Below are positions 1-13,959 of a stretch of DNA of 64,000 nt, in pieces. The notes beneath the pieces are model-generated. The model saw only the letters and a program-made list of their open reading frames with translations, was not told the origin of the DNA and ran no database searches. Source of the DNA: Eledone cirrhosa (lineage: Eukaryota); the NCBI GenBank assembly GCA_964016885.1, contig OZ024749.1, forward strand, positions 40,238,001 to 40,302,000, given 5' to 3'. Numbering within the stretch: position 1 is the stretch's first letter; each line of letters starts with the position of its first letter. The position numbers and the translations under genes were made by a program.

Positions 1-133
1 AGTGTAGAGGGAGAGGGAGGGTGAAGAGAGAGTGGCTGGTGGAAGAAGAGAAGTGAGGGTATAGTAGAGAGAGGTTGGTATTTTATAATGATATTTACTT
101 TGTTTATGTATTTGCTGAGGTAGATACATGTTT

Positions 134-168
<35 letters not shown>

Positions 169-291
169 TCTGCGTGTGTGTATGTGTGTATGTGTGTATG
201 TGTGTGTGTGTGTGTAGCACATACACTCTGACTCACAAATATGCATACATAGAGATAAATGAAAAGTTACAACTGAGTGAGCATATACATA

Positions 292-328
<37 letters not shown>

Positions 329-344
329 GATATATAGATATATA

Positions 345-544
345 GGAACAAGTATGACCCCGACGGCAGAGCTCAAGCCGTTTCGACGGCTAATTCTGGA
401 CTAAATTTAGTCCAGAATTAGCCGTCGAAACGGCTTGAGCTCAGCCGTCGGGGTCCTACTCGTTCCTATTACCCACTCTACTACCCTAAGTATTGAGTAC
501 TTTGGTGCGTTATGGTCCACCTGGTTCCTTACCACATTTCCTTC

Positions 545-548
<4 letters not shown>
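345..548 (+). mobile_element. Family A (TA)n-embedded fold-back element carrying the 3' half of a hammerhead ribozyme (Penelope-like pLTR fragment)
   Basis: Palindrome centred at 405/406. The right arm reads stem II'-GAAA(427-430)-CGGC ttgagctca GCCG-TC(448-449)-GGGGTC, then a tail ending CTTCGTT into (TA)n. About 12 related copies in the window. Confidence 0.75.
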
Positions 549-597
<49 letters not shown>

Positions 598-787
598 CAT
601 ATATAGTATACATACATGCATACATACATATGTGCAAACATTCTATGTATGTGCATATGCATAATTTTGCATAATTTTTTGCATTTCATATACTTGCACT
701 TTCTGCTCATGCGGTGCCTAGACCCACCCTAACCCCATCTCCCACCAGCACAACACCACAAGCTACTCCCACCTATATTTATGTGTG

Positions 788-824
<37 letters not shown>

Positions 825-841
825 ATACATGCATACATATA

Positions 842-888
<47 letters not shown>

Positions 889-986
889 ATACATGCATAC
901 ATATATATATTTACATATATATTTACATATATATGTATGTATATAAGTGTATATATACATGTGTGTATATACATGTATATATATAT

Positions 987-1028
<42 letters not shown>

Positions 1029-1205
1029 GTGTGTGTATGTATGCATGTATATATATATATATATATATATATATTCATACATGTATATACATATATATAT
1101 GCATACATATGTATATACATATATATGCATAAATATGTATATACATATATATATGCATACATATGTATATAAGTGTATAAGTACATACATACATACATAC
1201 ATACA

Positions 1206-1238
<33 letters not shown>

Positions 1239-1749
1239 TTATTCACATGTACAAGATAGAAAACTTAAAGTTACTTTGAGTGAGGAATCAAAACAGGCGA
1301 TGAACGTAAGTGTAGTATAATGAAGTGATGTAGATAAAGTGTATGTGTGTGTGTGTCTATGTGAGAGTGTGTGTATGTGTGTCTATGTAAGAGTGTGTGT
1401 GTGTGTGTGTGCGTGTGAGAGAGACTGCCTGTGTGTTTTTGAGAGACGGAGGGGGAACGTATTTGTGTGAGATTATGGGGCATATTTCTGTCATAAAGTT
1501 CGCTTAATCGGTTTTGTAAAGCCACGTGAAGTTGTGCTGGGTGATAAGCTGGTGATGGTGAGGCTTGTGGTGAGAGTGTACGGTGGGGCTTGTAGTGGTG
1601 GTGGTGGTGGTGGTGGTGGTGGTGGTGGTGGTGGTGGTGGTGGTGGCAGAGTTGAATGGGGGGGGCGGTGAAAGTGATGAGAGTGGGTGAGTTTGTGTTT
1701 CATAATTAAAAACTTCGTTACGACTGACGTCCATATATATATACATATA

Positions 1750-1807
<58 letters not shown>

Positions 1808-2020
1808 AGGCGTGTGGCTGAGTGGTTAGAGAATTGGATTTACAATCGTAAGGTTGTGAGTTCGATTCCTGGACCAGGTGATGCGTTATGTCCTTGAGCA
1901 AGACACTTTATTTCACGTTGCTCCTTCTACCTGGAGTTGCGACCGATAGATAGTATTAGCAATTGGAAAGACCAACGGAAACTTTGTTCCCTCGGTCCGA
2001 TTTGACGAAAGTCGATCGTT

Positions 2021-2022
<2 letters not shown>
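1808..2022 (+). mobile_element. tRNA-derived SINE, family 2 (V-domain-like core)
   Basis: A box TGGCTGAGTGGT, B box AGTTCGATTCC, core GTCCTTGAGCAAGACACTT. Copies at 7155, 15287 and 52833. Confidence 0.8.
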
Positions 2023-2063
<41 letters not shown>

Positions 2064-2097
2064 AGTGTATATATATATATACATATATGAATAAAAA

Positions 2098-2332
2098 TAG
2101 ACAAGGGTTAAAATGTCCTCATCAGTAGTCTGCTGGTTATCGTTGGTATTTCGACGCATTAAAGACAAGATACCTAAAATCAGTGCGAGCGATAACTCAA
2201 TTAAGTTATCGGGACAGTGGGAAAACAGAGGGAAGGAAACAAACACATGGTGGTATGCAACGTAAAGAGAGCAAAATAGAGACTAGTCAATGAATCACGT
2301 GGGCTTAAGCCCAACATATCAAATTGAGGAGG
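2098..2332 (-). mobile_element. TA-embedded element with a hammerhead 5' half (CTGATGA plus stem II, truncated before GAAA); related to 15503-16075
   Basis: Minus strand reads GTCTTTAATGCGTCGAAATACCAACG...CTA-CTGATGA-GGACA ttttaaccct TGTCT, then AT-rich/TA sequence. Confidence 0.45.
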
Positions 2333-2350
2333 TGTGTGTGTGTATATATA

Positions 2351-2439
<89 letters not shown>

Positions 2440-2443
<4 letters not shown>

Positions 2444-2505
2444 AGTTGACGGACCCAGTATATTTATCAATGCCAGGACCGGTTGTATCTCAGGGTACTC
2501 AATAT
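2440..2505 (-). mobile_element. 3' tail fragment of a further TA-embedded family
   Basis: Minus strand starts TATTGAGTACC (the shared GAGT motif) and runs ~60 nt to (TA)n. Confidence 0.4.
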
Positions 2506-2550
2506 ATATATATATATATAATAAAATGTGGAGAGGAGGCACACGAGTTA

Positions 2551-2596
<46 letters not shown>

Positions 2597-2602
<6 letters not shown>

Positions 2603-3062
2603 ATAGGGAGAAAGAGACGATTATGAGGAAGAAAAAATTTTTTTTTTCCTTTTTTTTGTCTCTATGTTTTCTTCCACATTGACTTTTTACGTTCCACATT
2701 ATGCACGTTTTTTTTTCCTTTGTCTTTTTTCTTTTCCCTTCTTAAACCTTGTTTGTATATAACATTATTCTTTCAGCACCTTCTATTTAACATGTGCGAC
2801 ACCATACTAATACATTTCACTATCATTTGATAATGCATGTAAATGCAGAAACCGGTAATAGACAATAATTAAATATATAAATAGATAAATAAATGCCATT
2901 GTTAAATAATAAATAAATCAACTAATACTTTAACACTTAACACAAAGTAAAACATTTCGTTTTAATCATTTTCTAACCCAGAAAAAAAGAGAGAGAGAGA
3001 GACAAAAAAAGGAAAATATATATTCTTCTTCCTCATAATCGTCTCTTTCTCCCTGTTTTCAT
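2597..3062 (+). mobile_element. TA-embedded element with ~65-bp imperfect terminal inverted repeats and a degenerate internal hammerhead
   Basis: 2597-2662 is inverted at 2998-3062. 2827-2863 reads TTGATAA-TGCAT gtaa ATGCA-GAAA-CCGG-TA-ATAG. Confidence 0.55.
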
Positions 3063-3073
3063 ATATATATATT

Positions 3074-3177
<104 letters not shown>

Positions 3178-3947
3178 TTACTCTAAACTTTAAATCTCAC
3201 TAACTTCTTACACTACTGAACTACAAACATAAGCAATATAATCATCCCAAAAATATCTTTAACAATTTTGTAAAAACATTCTATCACTGACTTTGTTTAA
3301 CCTTTCTCATAATGAACAAATAATCTTTATTGTTTCTTTTAAATATCGTAATGGCGTCTTATATAGAAGCGATTTTAAAGATAGAATTACATATATCCCG
3401 CTAATAGTCGAAATAGAAACAAAAAGATAATCATTAGTTGATTCAATCCACCATTAATCTTAGCTGCTGTTGTTCTTATAGCTGTAATATTATTTACTTC
3501 ACTCCACAGAGGTTTCTTTGCATAACACAGATACGATATATTTTTAACATGAGTACCATTAAAATTCCATGTTTGACCGCTTCTAACTGTGCCCAAACTA
3601 TTGTAATTTTCAGCCTAGACAAACACCAAACCACATTTCTACACAATCTATTATTATTAACTGTAATTTCCCCAACCCTATTGATTGCCCTTCCATTCTA
3701 ACTGTCTAATTAAAGACATTATTTACTAAAGCAAAGTACAACCTGTAACATCTCACTTCGGAGATCAATATTTACCTTTGTGTTTCAGTAATCTCACCAC
3801 GTCTTATAGGTACGTGGGGGCTATACTGTCAAGAAACTGAACCTAAATCAGGACCTAGTCGTAGTTGGAACCGTATGTTCATTCTAAAGGGTTATAAACC
3901 CCCCCCTCCCCCCAATATTATTTCTGCAATATTATTATTAACTGCAA

Positions 3948-4130
3948 GGGCGGTGAATTGGCAGTATCGGTCGCCATGCTTTGCAGCATAGAGTTACAGC
4001 CTTTTACGGTCTGAGTTCAAATCCTACCGAGGTTAACTTTGCCTTTCATCCTTACAAGGTCGATAAAATAAAGTACCAGTAATGCACTGGGATAATTGCT
4101 AGCCTTGTGCCAAAAGTAGAAACAATTATT
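3948..4130 (+). mobile_element. tRNA-derived SINE, family 1
   Basis: TGGCAGTATCGG A-box-like head, GAGTTCAAATCC B box, conserved TTGCCTTTCATCCTT...GTCGATAAAATAAAGTACCAG core. Confidence 0.85.
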
Positions 4131-4202
4131 TCTGTAAAAACAAGTCTAGAAGTACATTATCATATGGAATTAATTAAGCCATGTATTCTACTGTTTGCTA
4201 CA

Positions 4203-4394
4203 TAATTGTTTCTACTTTTGGCACAAGGCCAGCAATTATCCCAGTCCATTACTGGTACTTTATTTTATCGACCCCGTAGGGATGAAAGGCAAAGTTAACC
4301 TCGGCGGGATTTGAACTCAGAATGGCAAGGGTCGTAACTCTATGCGTCAAAGCATGGCGTCCGACCCTCTACCGATACTGCCAATCCACCACCC
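4203..4394 (-). mobile_element. SINE family 1 with target-site duplication
   Basis: Full copy flanked by CTACTGTTT(G/A)CTACATAAT at 4188-4206 and 4394-4412. Confidence 0.88.
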
Positions 4395-4713
4395 TACTGT
4401 TTACTACATAATAGTGTTTCATTGTAAAAAGAAACCCTTTAATTTGATTCTCCTCCTACTTGACATCCATGCCATTTTCAATGTTTACTTTACAAAGAAA
4501 CTAAACTCCAGAATTTGATTTCTGGTTTCATGTTTACATTTCAATTAAATGTTTATAAAACACTAAAAGCGCATCCGGCTTTTTCCAGATATTCAAGTAA
4601 AGCTGTTCAATGTAAAATCAGAGTAATTCTGCAAGGTAGTCAACATGTGGTTACAGTCCTGTATTAGTTGCAACAACACTGCTCTCTTACATCGCTTCAG
4701 AATCCTTTTGTGT

Positions 4714-4815
<102 letters not shown>

Positions 4816-4864
4816 TTTATACGCCACTGTGGACACGGACACACAAAAGGATTCATATATATAT

Positions 4865-4984
4865 GAAAAGAGTCAGGACTCCAACGGCTGAGCTCCGGCC
4901 GTCGGGGTCCTGACTCTTTTCCTATTGCCCACTCTACTACACTTAGTATTGAGTACTCCGGTGCGTTATGGTCCACCTGGTTCT
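4865..4984 (+). mobile_element. Family A copy folded back at the stem III loop
   Basis: GAAAAGAGTCAGGAC..CGGCTGAGCTC CGGCCGTCGGGGTCCTGACTCTTTTC, followed by the family A tail. Confidence 0.7.
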
Positions 4985-5352
4985 ATACATATTTTAAATA
5001 TGTATGCAAATATTATAATGTAGCTTCTGAATACTAAACTTCACAGAAGATTGTTGGATGTTTATTTATCTTTGGCTAGCTTAACCCTTTCTCTACTCTC
5101 GTTACCATGGTTCTAATGTATTTAACTGTTTCCTTACCATATTTCTAGTGAAAGACACTGCCTATGATTTTTAAATAATTTGGAAAATAATCAAAAATTT
5201 GAAGGACTTTAGTAATATAACTAACTTACTCATTATATATCTGGTATTGTGCAACATTCGTTTCGGATCTTTGCATTTTTAGTTCAAATTACCCCCCGGG
5301 GTCAACTTTGCCATTCATTCTTTCAGTACAATAAAATACCAGTTAAATACTG

Positions 5353-5820
5353 TCAGGTCACTGTTGAGTGCTACTGATAGCATGTAACCCAGTACAACCT
5401 GTCGCATGGTCGGGTCGTCGGTAACTAAACCGGCAACTCCACCAAGTTTACTTGGTGAGGAGGGTGATTTGGGACACCCTGCAGGACAAAAAACAAAGGG
5501 CGGAAGAACTCATAAGATTCAACGGCCATCTAAAAAAAAAAAAAATTCTGCCAAATCAATGGGTGGCAGTAGTTCCAGCTGCACGCATCGAAAGACTGGT
5601 GTAGTGGTTCTGAGAACAATGCGGCTTTGCAGATGATCAATGCAAATTGACAATGGAAACGCGCTCCCGCTCGAGTTAGAAGAGAACTATTGATCTTCAG
5701 GAGAAGCAGCGACCCCTGATTGTATTCAGCAACCGAAACAAATATGAAGTACACCAAATCCAATGCTGGTTCTTCTTATTTGCGAGTGTAAACTCGGCCA
5801 GATTAAATTAGATTAGATTA
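5353..5820 (+). mobile_element. Non-autonomous RTE-derived element, subfamily 1
   Basis: Head shared with subfamily 2. Body nearly identical to 27670-28200. Short (AGATT)n-like tail. Confidence 0.7.
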
Positions 5821-7032
5821 AATAGTGTATTTATTGACTTTTCCTTACCTCCCCCACTAAAAACTTGACCTTATACTTAAATTAGAAATCATTATTTTTC
5901 TGATGATTGGAAGATAATTTAACAAAGGTTCTTACATAAAATTATGATGGAAGGTTTTTAGATAAATATAAATATACACAAACAGTTTTATATTGTAGGA
6001 GCAGAGACGGTTTGAAGCGGTTTGGTATTTAAAGGGTTACGAACCAGTTCGTAGGTTACGTGCAAAGTAAAAACAAAATGAAAACACAAAGAAGTTTGCT
6101 ATATAGGTGAGCTGGTGTGTAAGTGTGGCTTTGTATCAACCATGATCTCTTCTTCACATACATCACATTGTGCTTTGTGTGTATTTGTGTAAGTATGCGT
6201 GTATGTATAAGTATCTATCTGTCTGTCTGTGTTTGTTTTTTTTTGTGTGTGTGTATGTGTAAATGCTTCTGTGTCTGTGTGTTTTGGATCTGTTTGTGTA
6301 TGTGGCGAGGCTCGGGGATGAGATCAACCATAATACACGAGACTTTCTGCACGTAAGATCGTTTGTGTTTTGTGAATAAACTCCTTGTTGTGTTCCTATG
6401 TTGTTTCGTAAAAGAACCAGAGAACGAGACTAGATATGGCGTCTTGCCGCCATGCACGTCACTCTGTGCTTTGCTGACATCAGCAAAACGTTTCCGCCAT
6501 TTTCAGATAAAGTTTTCGACGGAATCAACGTTACCTCTTATCGTTGTTTAGCCCTAGGCTGACCTCTGCCCATTCCAAGCCGTTTCATAGTTTGAAATCT
6601 CGTATGCAGATACTGATTCAGAATGTTCTTGTATCTTATATAAATATCTATATGTGTGTATGTATAGTTGTATGTATGTATGTATGTATGTGTGTATGTG
6701 TGCATGTGTGTATGTATGGTTGTATGTATATAGGTATATAGATAGATAGGCAGACAGACACATAGACAAACAGACAGACAGACAGATAGATAGATAGAGT
6801 TTGTTGTTTATTGATATAGAGAGAGGTATTGGAAAAGAGTTCCGTGTAGTACACTACTACAACACTACCAACACCACCACCACCACTACTACAACACCAT
6901 TGATATCATCGTGTGTGAAGAAAGTGAACAATTGTTGCAATGTTATTTAGTGGCCGATGTTTGAACCTATTTGAAAGAATTTTACTAAAGGATTCTGGCG
7001 TAGTGAAACCAGCCTTTTGTAGTGTATCATCT

Positions 7033-7085
<53 letters not shown>

Positions 7086-7101
7086 ATACTACTAATACTA
7101 C

Positions 7102-7134
<33 letters not shown>

Positions 7135-7154
7135 TTACTACTACTACTACTACT

Positions 7155-7366
7155 TGGATCGATCGACTTTCGTCAAATCGGACCGAGGAAACAATGTTTT
7201 CGTCGGTCTTTCCAGTTGCTAATACTATCTATCGGTCGCAACTCCAGGTAGAAGGAGCAACGTGAAATAAAGTCTCTCGCTCAAGGACATAACGCATCAC
7301 CTGGTCCAGGAATCAAACTTACAACCTCAAGATTGTGAATCCAATTCTCTAACCACTCAGCCACAC
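7155..7366 (-). mobile_element. SINE family 2
   Basis: Reverse complement of 1808-2022. Confidence 0.8.
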
Positions 7367-7418
7367 TACTACTGAGGTTACGGATGCTACTACTGCTATT
7401 ACTACTATCATTATCACT

Positions 7419-8413
7419 CAACGTTTTGAGTGTAAGATTGTTGTCAGTACCACTGCACGATAAACTACAACTTTGGTTTTCAGAGCTATACCTCTGGCAC
7501 CCCATAGGCGATGATGTAGTTTGCCAAAGACGTCAGTTGCTTTAGAGATGCGAATGACGATCTCATCAGCCAGGGATGCAGAGCTACTCACCTTGTAGCC
7601 AAGGTTAGGAAAGGAGTTCACATACTTCAGATTCTTACCGTCAACAGTGATGGGAACAGGGTGGTACCCGCAACCCGGCTGTCCTTGCCCAACATTTTTT
7701 ACTTGTCTTGGGGTCGTTGACACTGGTTAATGTACCACCTCAGTCCTTTTAATGCTGTTAAACCAAACACTTTACAAGCAAGTGACAAGCGGTTTATCAG
7801 TTCTTGTGCCTCTTCAAAGAATGTTGCAACAGGTACAACATCATCAACAAACAGTAAATCACGAATAACTCTTGTTCGTGTAAGTGTCTTAGCCTTAAAG
7901 CGCTGATGATTGAAATAACCTACCTCATGTACGGATTTCAAATCTGATATCAGTGTCTAAGTCACCAAATACATACTGGAGCATGACAGAGAAGAATAAA
8001 GCAAAGAGAACAGAAACCCTGACAAAACCATACTTCGTACCGTTTGTAACACCAAAGGGTTCAGAACAATCACCATTTGACATAATTTATGCCCTCATAC
8101 CCTCAGGAAAAGCCATGATAACATTCAGTATATTGTCAAGTATGTCAAACTTTTTCAGTATTTTCTAGAGAGATTTTCGTTTGGCAGTGTCAAAGGCTTT
8201 GGTCAAGTCAACAAAGACCATAAACAGTCCCTGGTTCTTTTCATGAACATTCGCTGCAGCCTCGCGAAGGGAGCAAATCCTGTCAATAGAGCCCCGACCT
8301 GTAGGGAAACCACATCGATTTCCAGGGTAGATATCATCAACAAGTCTGAATGTAATTCTGTTGAGAATGACATGAGCAAGTACCTTACCAGCAATACAGA
8401 AAAGCATAACCAA
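7419..8413 (-). pseudogene. Decayed RTE (BovB-like) LINE reverse transcriptase fragment
   Basis: Frameshifted peptides IAGKVLAHVILNRI, RCGFPTGRGSIDRICSLR, VFVDLTKAFD, IRDLLFVDD, RISKATDVFGKLHHRLW are typical RTE ORF motifs. Confidence 0.85.
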
Positions 8414-8585
8414 TGAAGCAGAACTTACGTGAAATTACATGGTGAGGAGAAATACTTAATAATTAAATGTTCGACGTTTATGTCTGACATTGTGTGACGA
8501 CATTGTCCAGCTTTTAATTGGATCTGTTGCCAAGTGTGTAACATTATCTGTGACGCACGTGGCTACATCATATTTTGGGTATTCA

Positions 8586-8617
<32 letters not shown>

Positions 8618-8692
8618 ATGAGGCGGAGTGGTTACCAATAAATATTATTTCAAAAACGTGGGTGAAAACACAATGCATATATATATATTATA

Positions 8693-8888
<196 letters not shown>

Positions 8889-8989
8889 TATACATATATA
8901 TATATATATGTATATACATATTCAGATACACACTCATATATATATATGTATATATATATATATGTGTGTGTGTGTGAGAGATAGAGAGA

Positions 8990-9115
<126 letters not shown>

Positions 9116-9249
9116 CTTAAGAAACACGTACTGGCATGAATATATTCATATATTCATGGCAGTACATTTTTATATATATTTTTTTTTCCACTCTAGCACT
9201 TATTTTATGTTAATACAAAAGAAACGAACTTTGCGGTAATTAGCCACTT

Positions 9250-9432
9250 AATAATTCTCCATAATTGAAGATATATGTCTGATAAAACTATTCCAGAGAG
9301 TAATGGAGACAAGACATCTCCTTCAAGTACACCACTCGGGATTGTTGATATTTTTTTAAAGGAATCCCTCGTTGACTGCAACAGTTTCACTGCTTGGGCT
9401 TAGAAACTCGTATAAAATACAACCATTATCAA
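9250..9432 (-). pseudogene. LINE RT fragment
   Basis: Peptide SGVLEGDVLSPLL matches the GxxQGDxLSP RT motif. Confidence 0.5.
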
Positions 9433-9620
9433 TGGATTGGCAGTATCGGTAGAGGGTCGGACGCCATGCTTTCCAGCATAGTTACGTCCCTTTACGATCT
9501 GACTTCAAATCCCGCCGAGGTTGACTTTGCCTTTCATCCTTACATGGGGGGGGGGATAAAATAAAGTACCAGTAATGCACTGGGTAATTGCTGGCCTTGT
9601 GCCTAAAGTAGAAGCAATTA
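9433..9620 (+). mobile_element. SINE family 1
   Basis: Matches the family 1 consensus. Confidence 0.85.
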
Positions 9621-10021
9621 TCAAACATGGCGGTTTTCAGATGTGAGGAGATCATGTGATGTATCTCCTTGTCGAAAAAAAAAAACATTGCAGAACTACA
9701 CATACACACACACACACAAACAAAGACACGCAAGCACACTCACAGAATCGCAAACACCCAAACGCATGTACCAACAAGCACACAGACGTCACAGACTCCT
9801 CACACCCACAAACTCACATATACACACACTTCCGGTTCATTTTCATCGGCACAGACTGAACAAGTTGGTCGATATTGAACCAATGGAACGTACGTAGCTG
9901 GTATGGCGCCGTTGTAGTAACTCACCTGAATAATTATATTCAAACTCGCCCTACGGACTTGAGTTTGTCTACACCTTGGATTTATACCACCTACTATACC
10001 ATTACTACACATATATATACA

Positions 10022-10097
<76 letters not shown>

Positions 10098-10101
<4 letters not shown>

Positions 10102-10592
10102 GGCTACCTATGTGGCCTGGTCTGTGGGTCACTGGCGGGATTGATATGTCACATGAGACACCGCCATACAGAGAGCTTTATATCCATGTAGGAGAACCCC
10201 TACCGATGCGCTGAACGAGTGTGAACTTTTTAGTCCAGCCAGCGACTTAAAAACTCTGGTACAAACACTGCACTTGTGACAATTATTGACACATAGTGCT
10301 GGGCCCATGGTACCATGTGACGACAAGTGCAGAGAGATCTCCAGATATAAAGCAATGCCTGTGCCGTGAAGCTTTTATAGTGAGCAAAGGCACTGCACAA
10401 AGCCAGTCCCACTCTCTTAACCAAGATGATATTTACCAAAAAGAAGAACAAGTCAACATCATTGGATACCATCAGGGTTGCAGGTGTTATATCAGAGTTT
10501 TCCTTCTCCTAGAATTCTGCCTTGACAAAGGCTAAGGGGTCATCTCTCCCGGTGATTTTTGATGACCATTGACTCTTTAGAGCTCCTTTGCT
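10098..10592 (-). mobile_element. Non-autonomous RTE-derived element, subfamily 2 (5'-truncated)
   Basis: Near-identical to 22644-23263. Encodes CSVCTRVFKSLAGLKS, the C-terminal zinc-finger remnant typical of RTE ORF ends. Confidence 0.75.
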
Positions 10593-10635
10593 CCATACAT
10601 ACATACATACTTACATACATACATATACATATATA

Positions 10636-10829
10636 CAAGGATCGGCTTAAGAATTCATAAGTTGACCAAGATACTCTCATAAAATGGCCAAATGTGGTTT
10701 ATTTTTCTATATAGTCCTTGGAAAGAAGCAACGCTGTTATCAATAAGAAGAGCTGAAATTAATGCAAGATTTCACAACACTAGAATCAAAGCTTGATAGT
10801 CAGTCTATGAACTTTTCAGCCGACCCTTG
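10636..10829. mobile_element. Mariner-type MITE
   Basis: About 30-bp imperfect TIRs CAAGGATCGGCTTAAGAATTCATA / TATGAACTTTTCAGCCGACCCTTG, preceded by TA. Confidence 0.65.
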
Positions 10830-10837
10830 TCTGTGTC

Positions 10838-10887
<50 letters not shown>

Positions 10888-11109
10888 AGAGAGAGATGCA
10901 CCAATATATAGATATAGATATATATATATGCATAGATAGGTATGCATCAGCATATATATATTTATATATATATGCGTATACTACACTGCACGCCTAGTTG
11001 CACATTGTTCCAACCCAGCTGTTGCTATGAACAGCTTTCTTGCACATTGTTGCACATATTTATTCATTGGCTTACACACATACACAGAAACCCAGACATA
11101 TCCACAAAC

Positions 11110-11776
11110 ACTCTCACACACAGTCACACACGTACACACTCTCTCACACAGTCACACACGTACACACTGTCACACACAGTCACACACGTACACACTCTCA
11201 CACACAGTCACACACGTACACACACTGTCACACACAGTCACACACGTACACACTCTCACACACAGTCACACACGTACACACTCTCTCACACAGTCACACA
11301 CGTACACACTGTCACACACAGTCACACACGTACACACTCTCTCACACAGTCACACACGTACACACTCTCTCACACAGTCACACACGTACACACTCTCACA
11401 CACAGTCACACACGTACACACTCTCTCACACAGTCACACACGTACACACTGTCACACACAGTCACACACGTACACACTCTCACACACAGTCACACACGTA
11501 CACACTCTCTCACACAGTCACACACGTACACACTGTCACACACAGTCACACACGTACACACTCTCTCACACAGTCACACACGTACACACTGTCACACACA
11601 GTCACACACGTACACACTCTCTCACACAGTCACACACGTACACACTCTCACACACAGTCACACACGTACACACTCTCTCACACAGTCACACACGTACACA
11701 CTGTCACACACAGTCACACACGTACACACTCTCACACACAGTCACACACGTACACACTCTCGCACACAGTCACACA
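11110..11776. repeat. ~28-bp minisatellite (CTCTCACACACAGTCACACACGTACACA)
   Basis: More than 20 tandem units read directly. Confidence 0.95.
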
Positions 11777-11876
11777 GTAACACGCACACACCCACGCACA
11801 CACCCACGCACGCACAGAGTATAAGCTACAAGCTACCAGAGTCACAGTCAGAGTCTTACAATCACACAGTCTCTCT

Positions 11877-11939
<63 letters not shown>

Positions 11940-11943
<4 letters not shown>

Positions 11944-12124
11944 ACAAACGCACACACATACACACACAGATAGAGTATAAGTTACAAGCTACCATGGACA
12001 CAGTCTCACACACACACACACTTACACACACACACACACATATATATATATACACATATACAAACGCGCACACATACACACACACAGATAGAGTATAAGT
12101 TACAAGCTACCATGGACACAGTCT

Positions 12125-12166
<42 letters not shown>

Positions 12167-12244
12167 CACATATACACATACACAAACGCGCACACATACA
12201 CACACACAGATAGAGTATAAGTTACAAGCTACCATCGACACAGT

Positions 12245-12298
<54 letters not shown>

Positions 12299-12368
12299 CA
12301 CATATACAAACGCGCACACATACACACACACAGATAGAGTATAAGTTACAAGCTACCATCGACACAGT

Positions 12369-12414
<46 letters not shown>

Positions 12415-12492
12415 CACATATACACATACACAAACGCGCACACATACACACACACAGATAGAGTATAAGTTACAAGCTACCATCGACACAGT

Positions 12493-12554
<62 letters not shown>

Positions 12555-12622
12555 TACACAAACGCGCACACATACACACACACAGATAGAGTATAAGTTA
12601 CAAGCTACCATCGACACAGTCT

Positions 12623-12656
<34 letters not shown>

Positions 12657-12736
12657 CACATATACACATACACAAACGCACACACATACACACACACAGA
12701 TAGAGTATAAGTTACAAGCTACCATCGACACAGTCT

Positions 12737-12778
<42 letters not shown>

Positions 12779-12858
12779 CACATATACACATACACAAACG
12801 CGCACACATACACACACACAGATAGAGTATAAGTTACAAGCTACCATCGACACAGTCT

Positions 12859-12918
<60 letters not shown>

Positions 12919-12958
12919 TACACAAACGCACACACATACACACATACACACACACACA
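11940..12958. repeat. ~110-125-bp minisatellite with internal CA/TA tracts
   Basis: Constant block AGATAGAGTATAAGTTACAAGCTACCAT(G/C)GACACAGTCT repeated 8 times. Confidence 0.95.
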
Positions 12959-13234
12959 GAGCTACAGTTAATATTATAAGCTGCCGAACACCATAGATTT
13001 CAACATTTTCCTCTGCAGAATAAGATCAAGACAGCCTGACCCAAAACCTGTTTTACATGTCTACCCCAATCACGTGTCAGACCTCATCGATCTATATCTA
13101 TCGAACTACTTCTCATGATCGTTTTATCCCCTTCCTCCCATCCTAGCTTCCATATTTCTCTTCCCTTCTTCCTCCTCCCCCTTTTCTCACTATCTCTCTC
13201 TCTCTCTCTCTCTTTCTCTACCCTTCTTTCTCTG

Positions 13235-13278
<44 letters not shown>

Positions 13279-13467
13279 TCTCTCTCTCTCACAGACACAC
13301 ACCTTTTGCTTTTCTCCCATTTTTGTTTTTTGTTTAATAAAATATTCATAAAAGTACAAAAATTACAAAAAAAAATGAAAACTATTTTGCCCTTGAGGAA
13401 TATATAGTATATACTGTATAGTATAACCTAATGAGTATTGACATGGATACTTATGTATGTATGTATA

Positions 13468-13569
<102 letters not shown>

Positions 13570-13627
13570 TATATATTTATATATATATATATTAATATAT
13601 ATTTATATATATATATATTTATATATT

Positions 13628-13658
<31 letters not shown>

Positions 13659-13879
13659 ATATTTATATTTATATTTATATATATATACATATATATATAT
13701 ACATGGATACGTATGTATGTATGTATATATATACATATTTATATATATATTTTTATATTTATATTTATATATATATACATATATATATATTTATATTTAT
13801 ATTTATATTTATATTTATATATATATACATATATATATATATACATGGATACGTATGTATGTATATATATATATATATA

Positions 13880-13959
<80 letters not shown>

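Noticed and set aside
11940-12958. CRISPR-like constant blocks with spacers
   Set aside because: Spacers are mutually similar CA/TA microsatellite, the context is eukaryotic and there are no cas genes.
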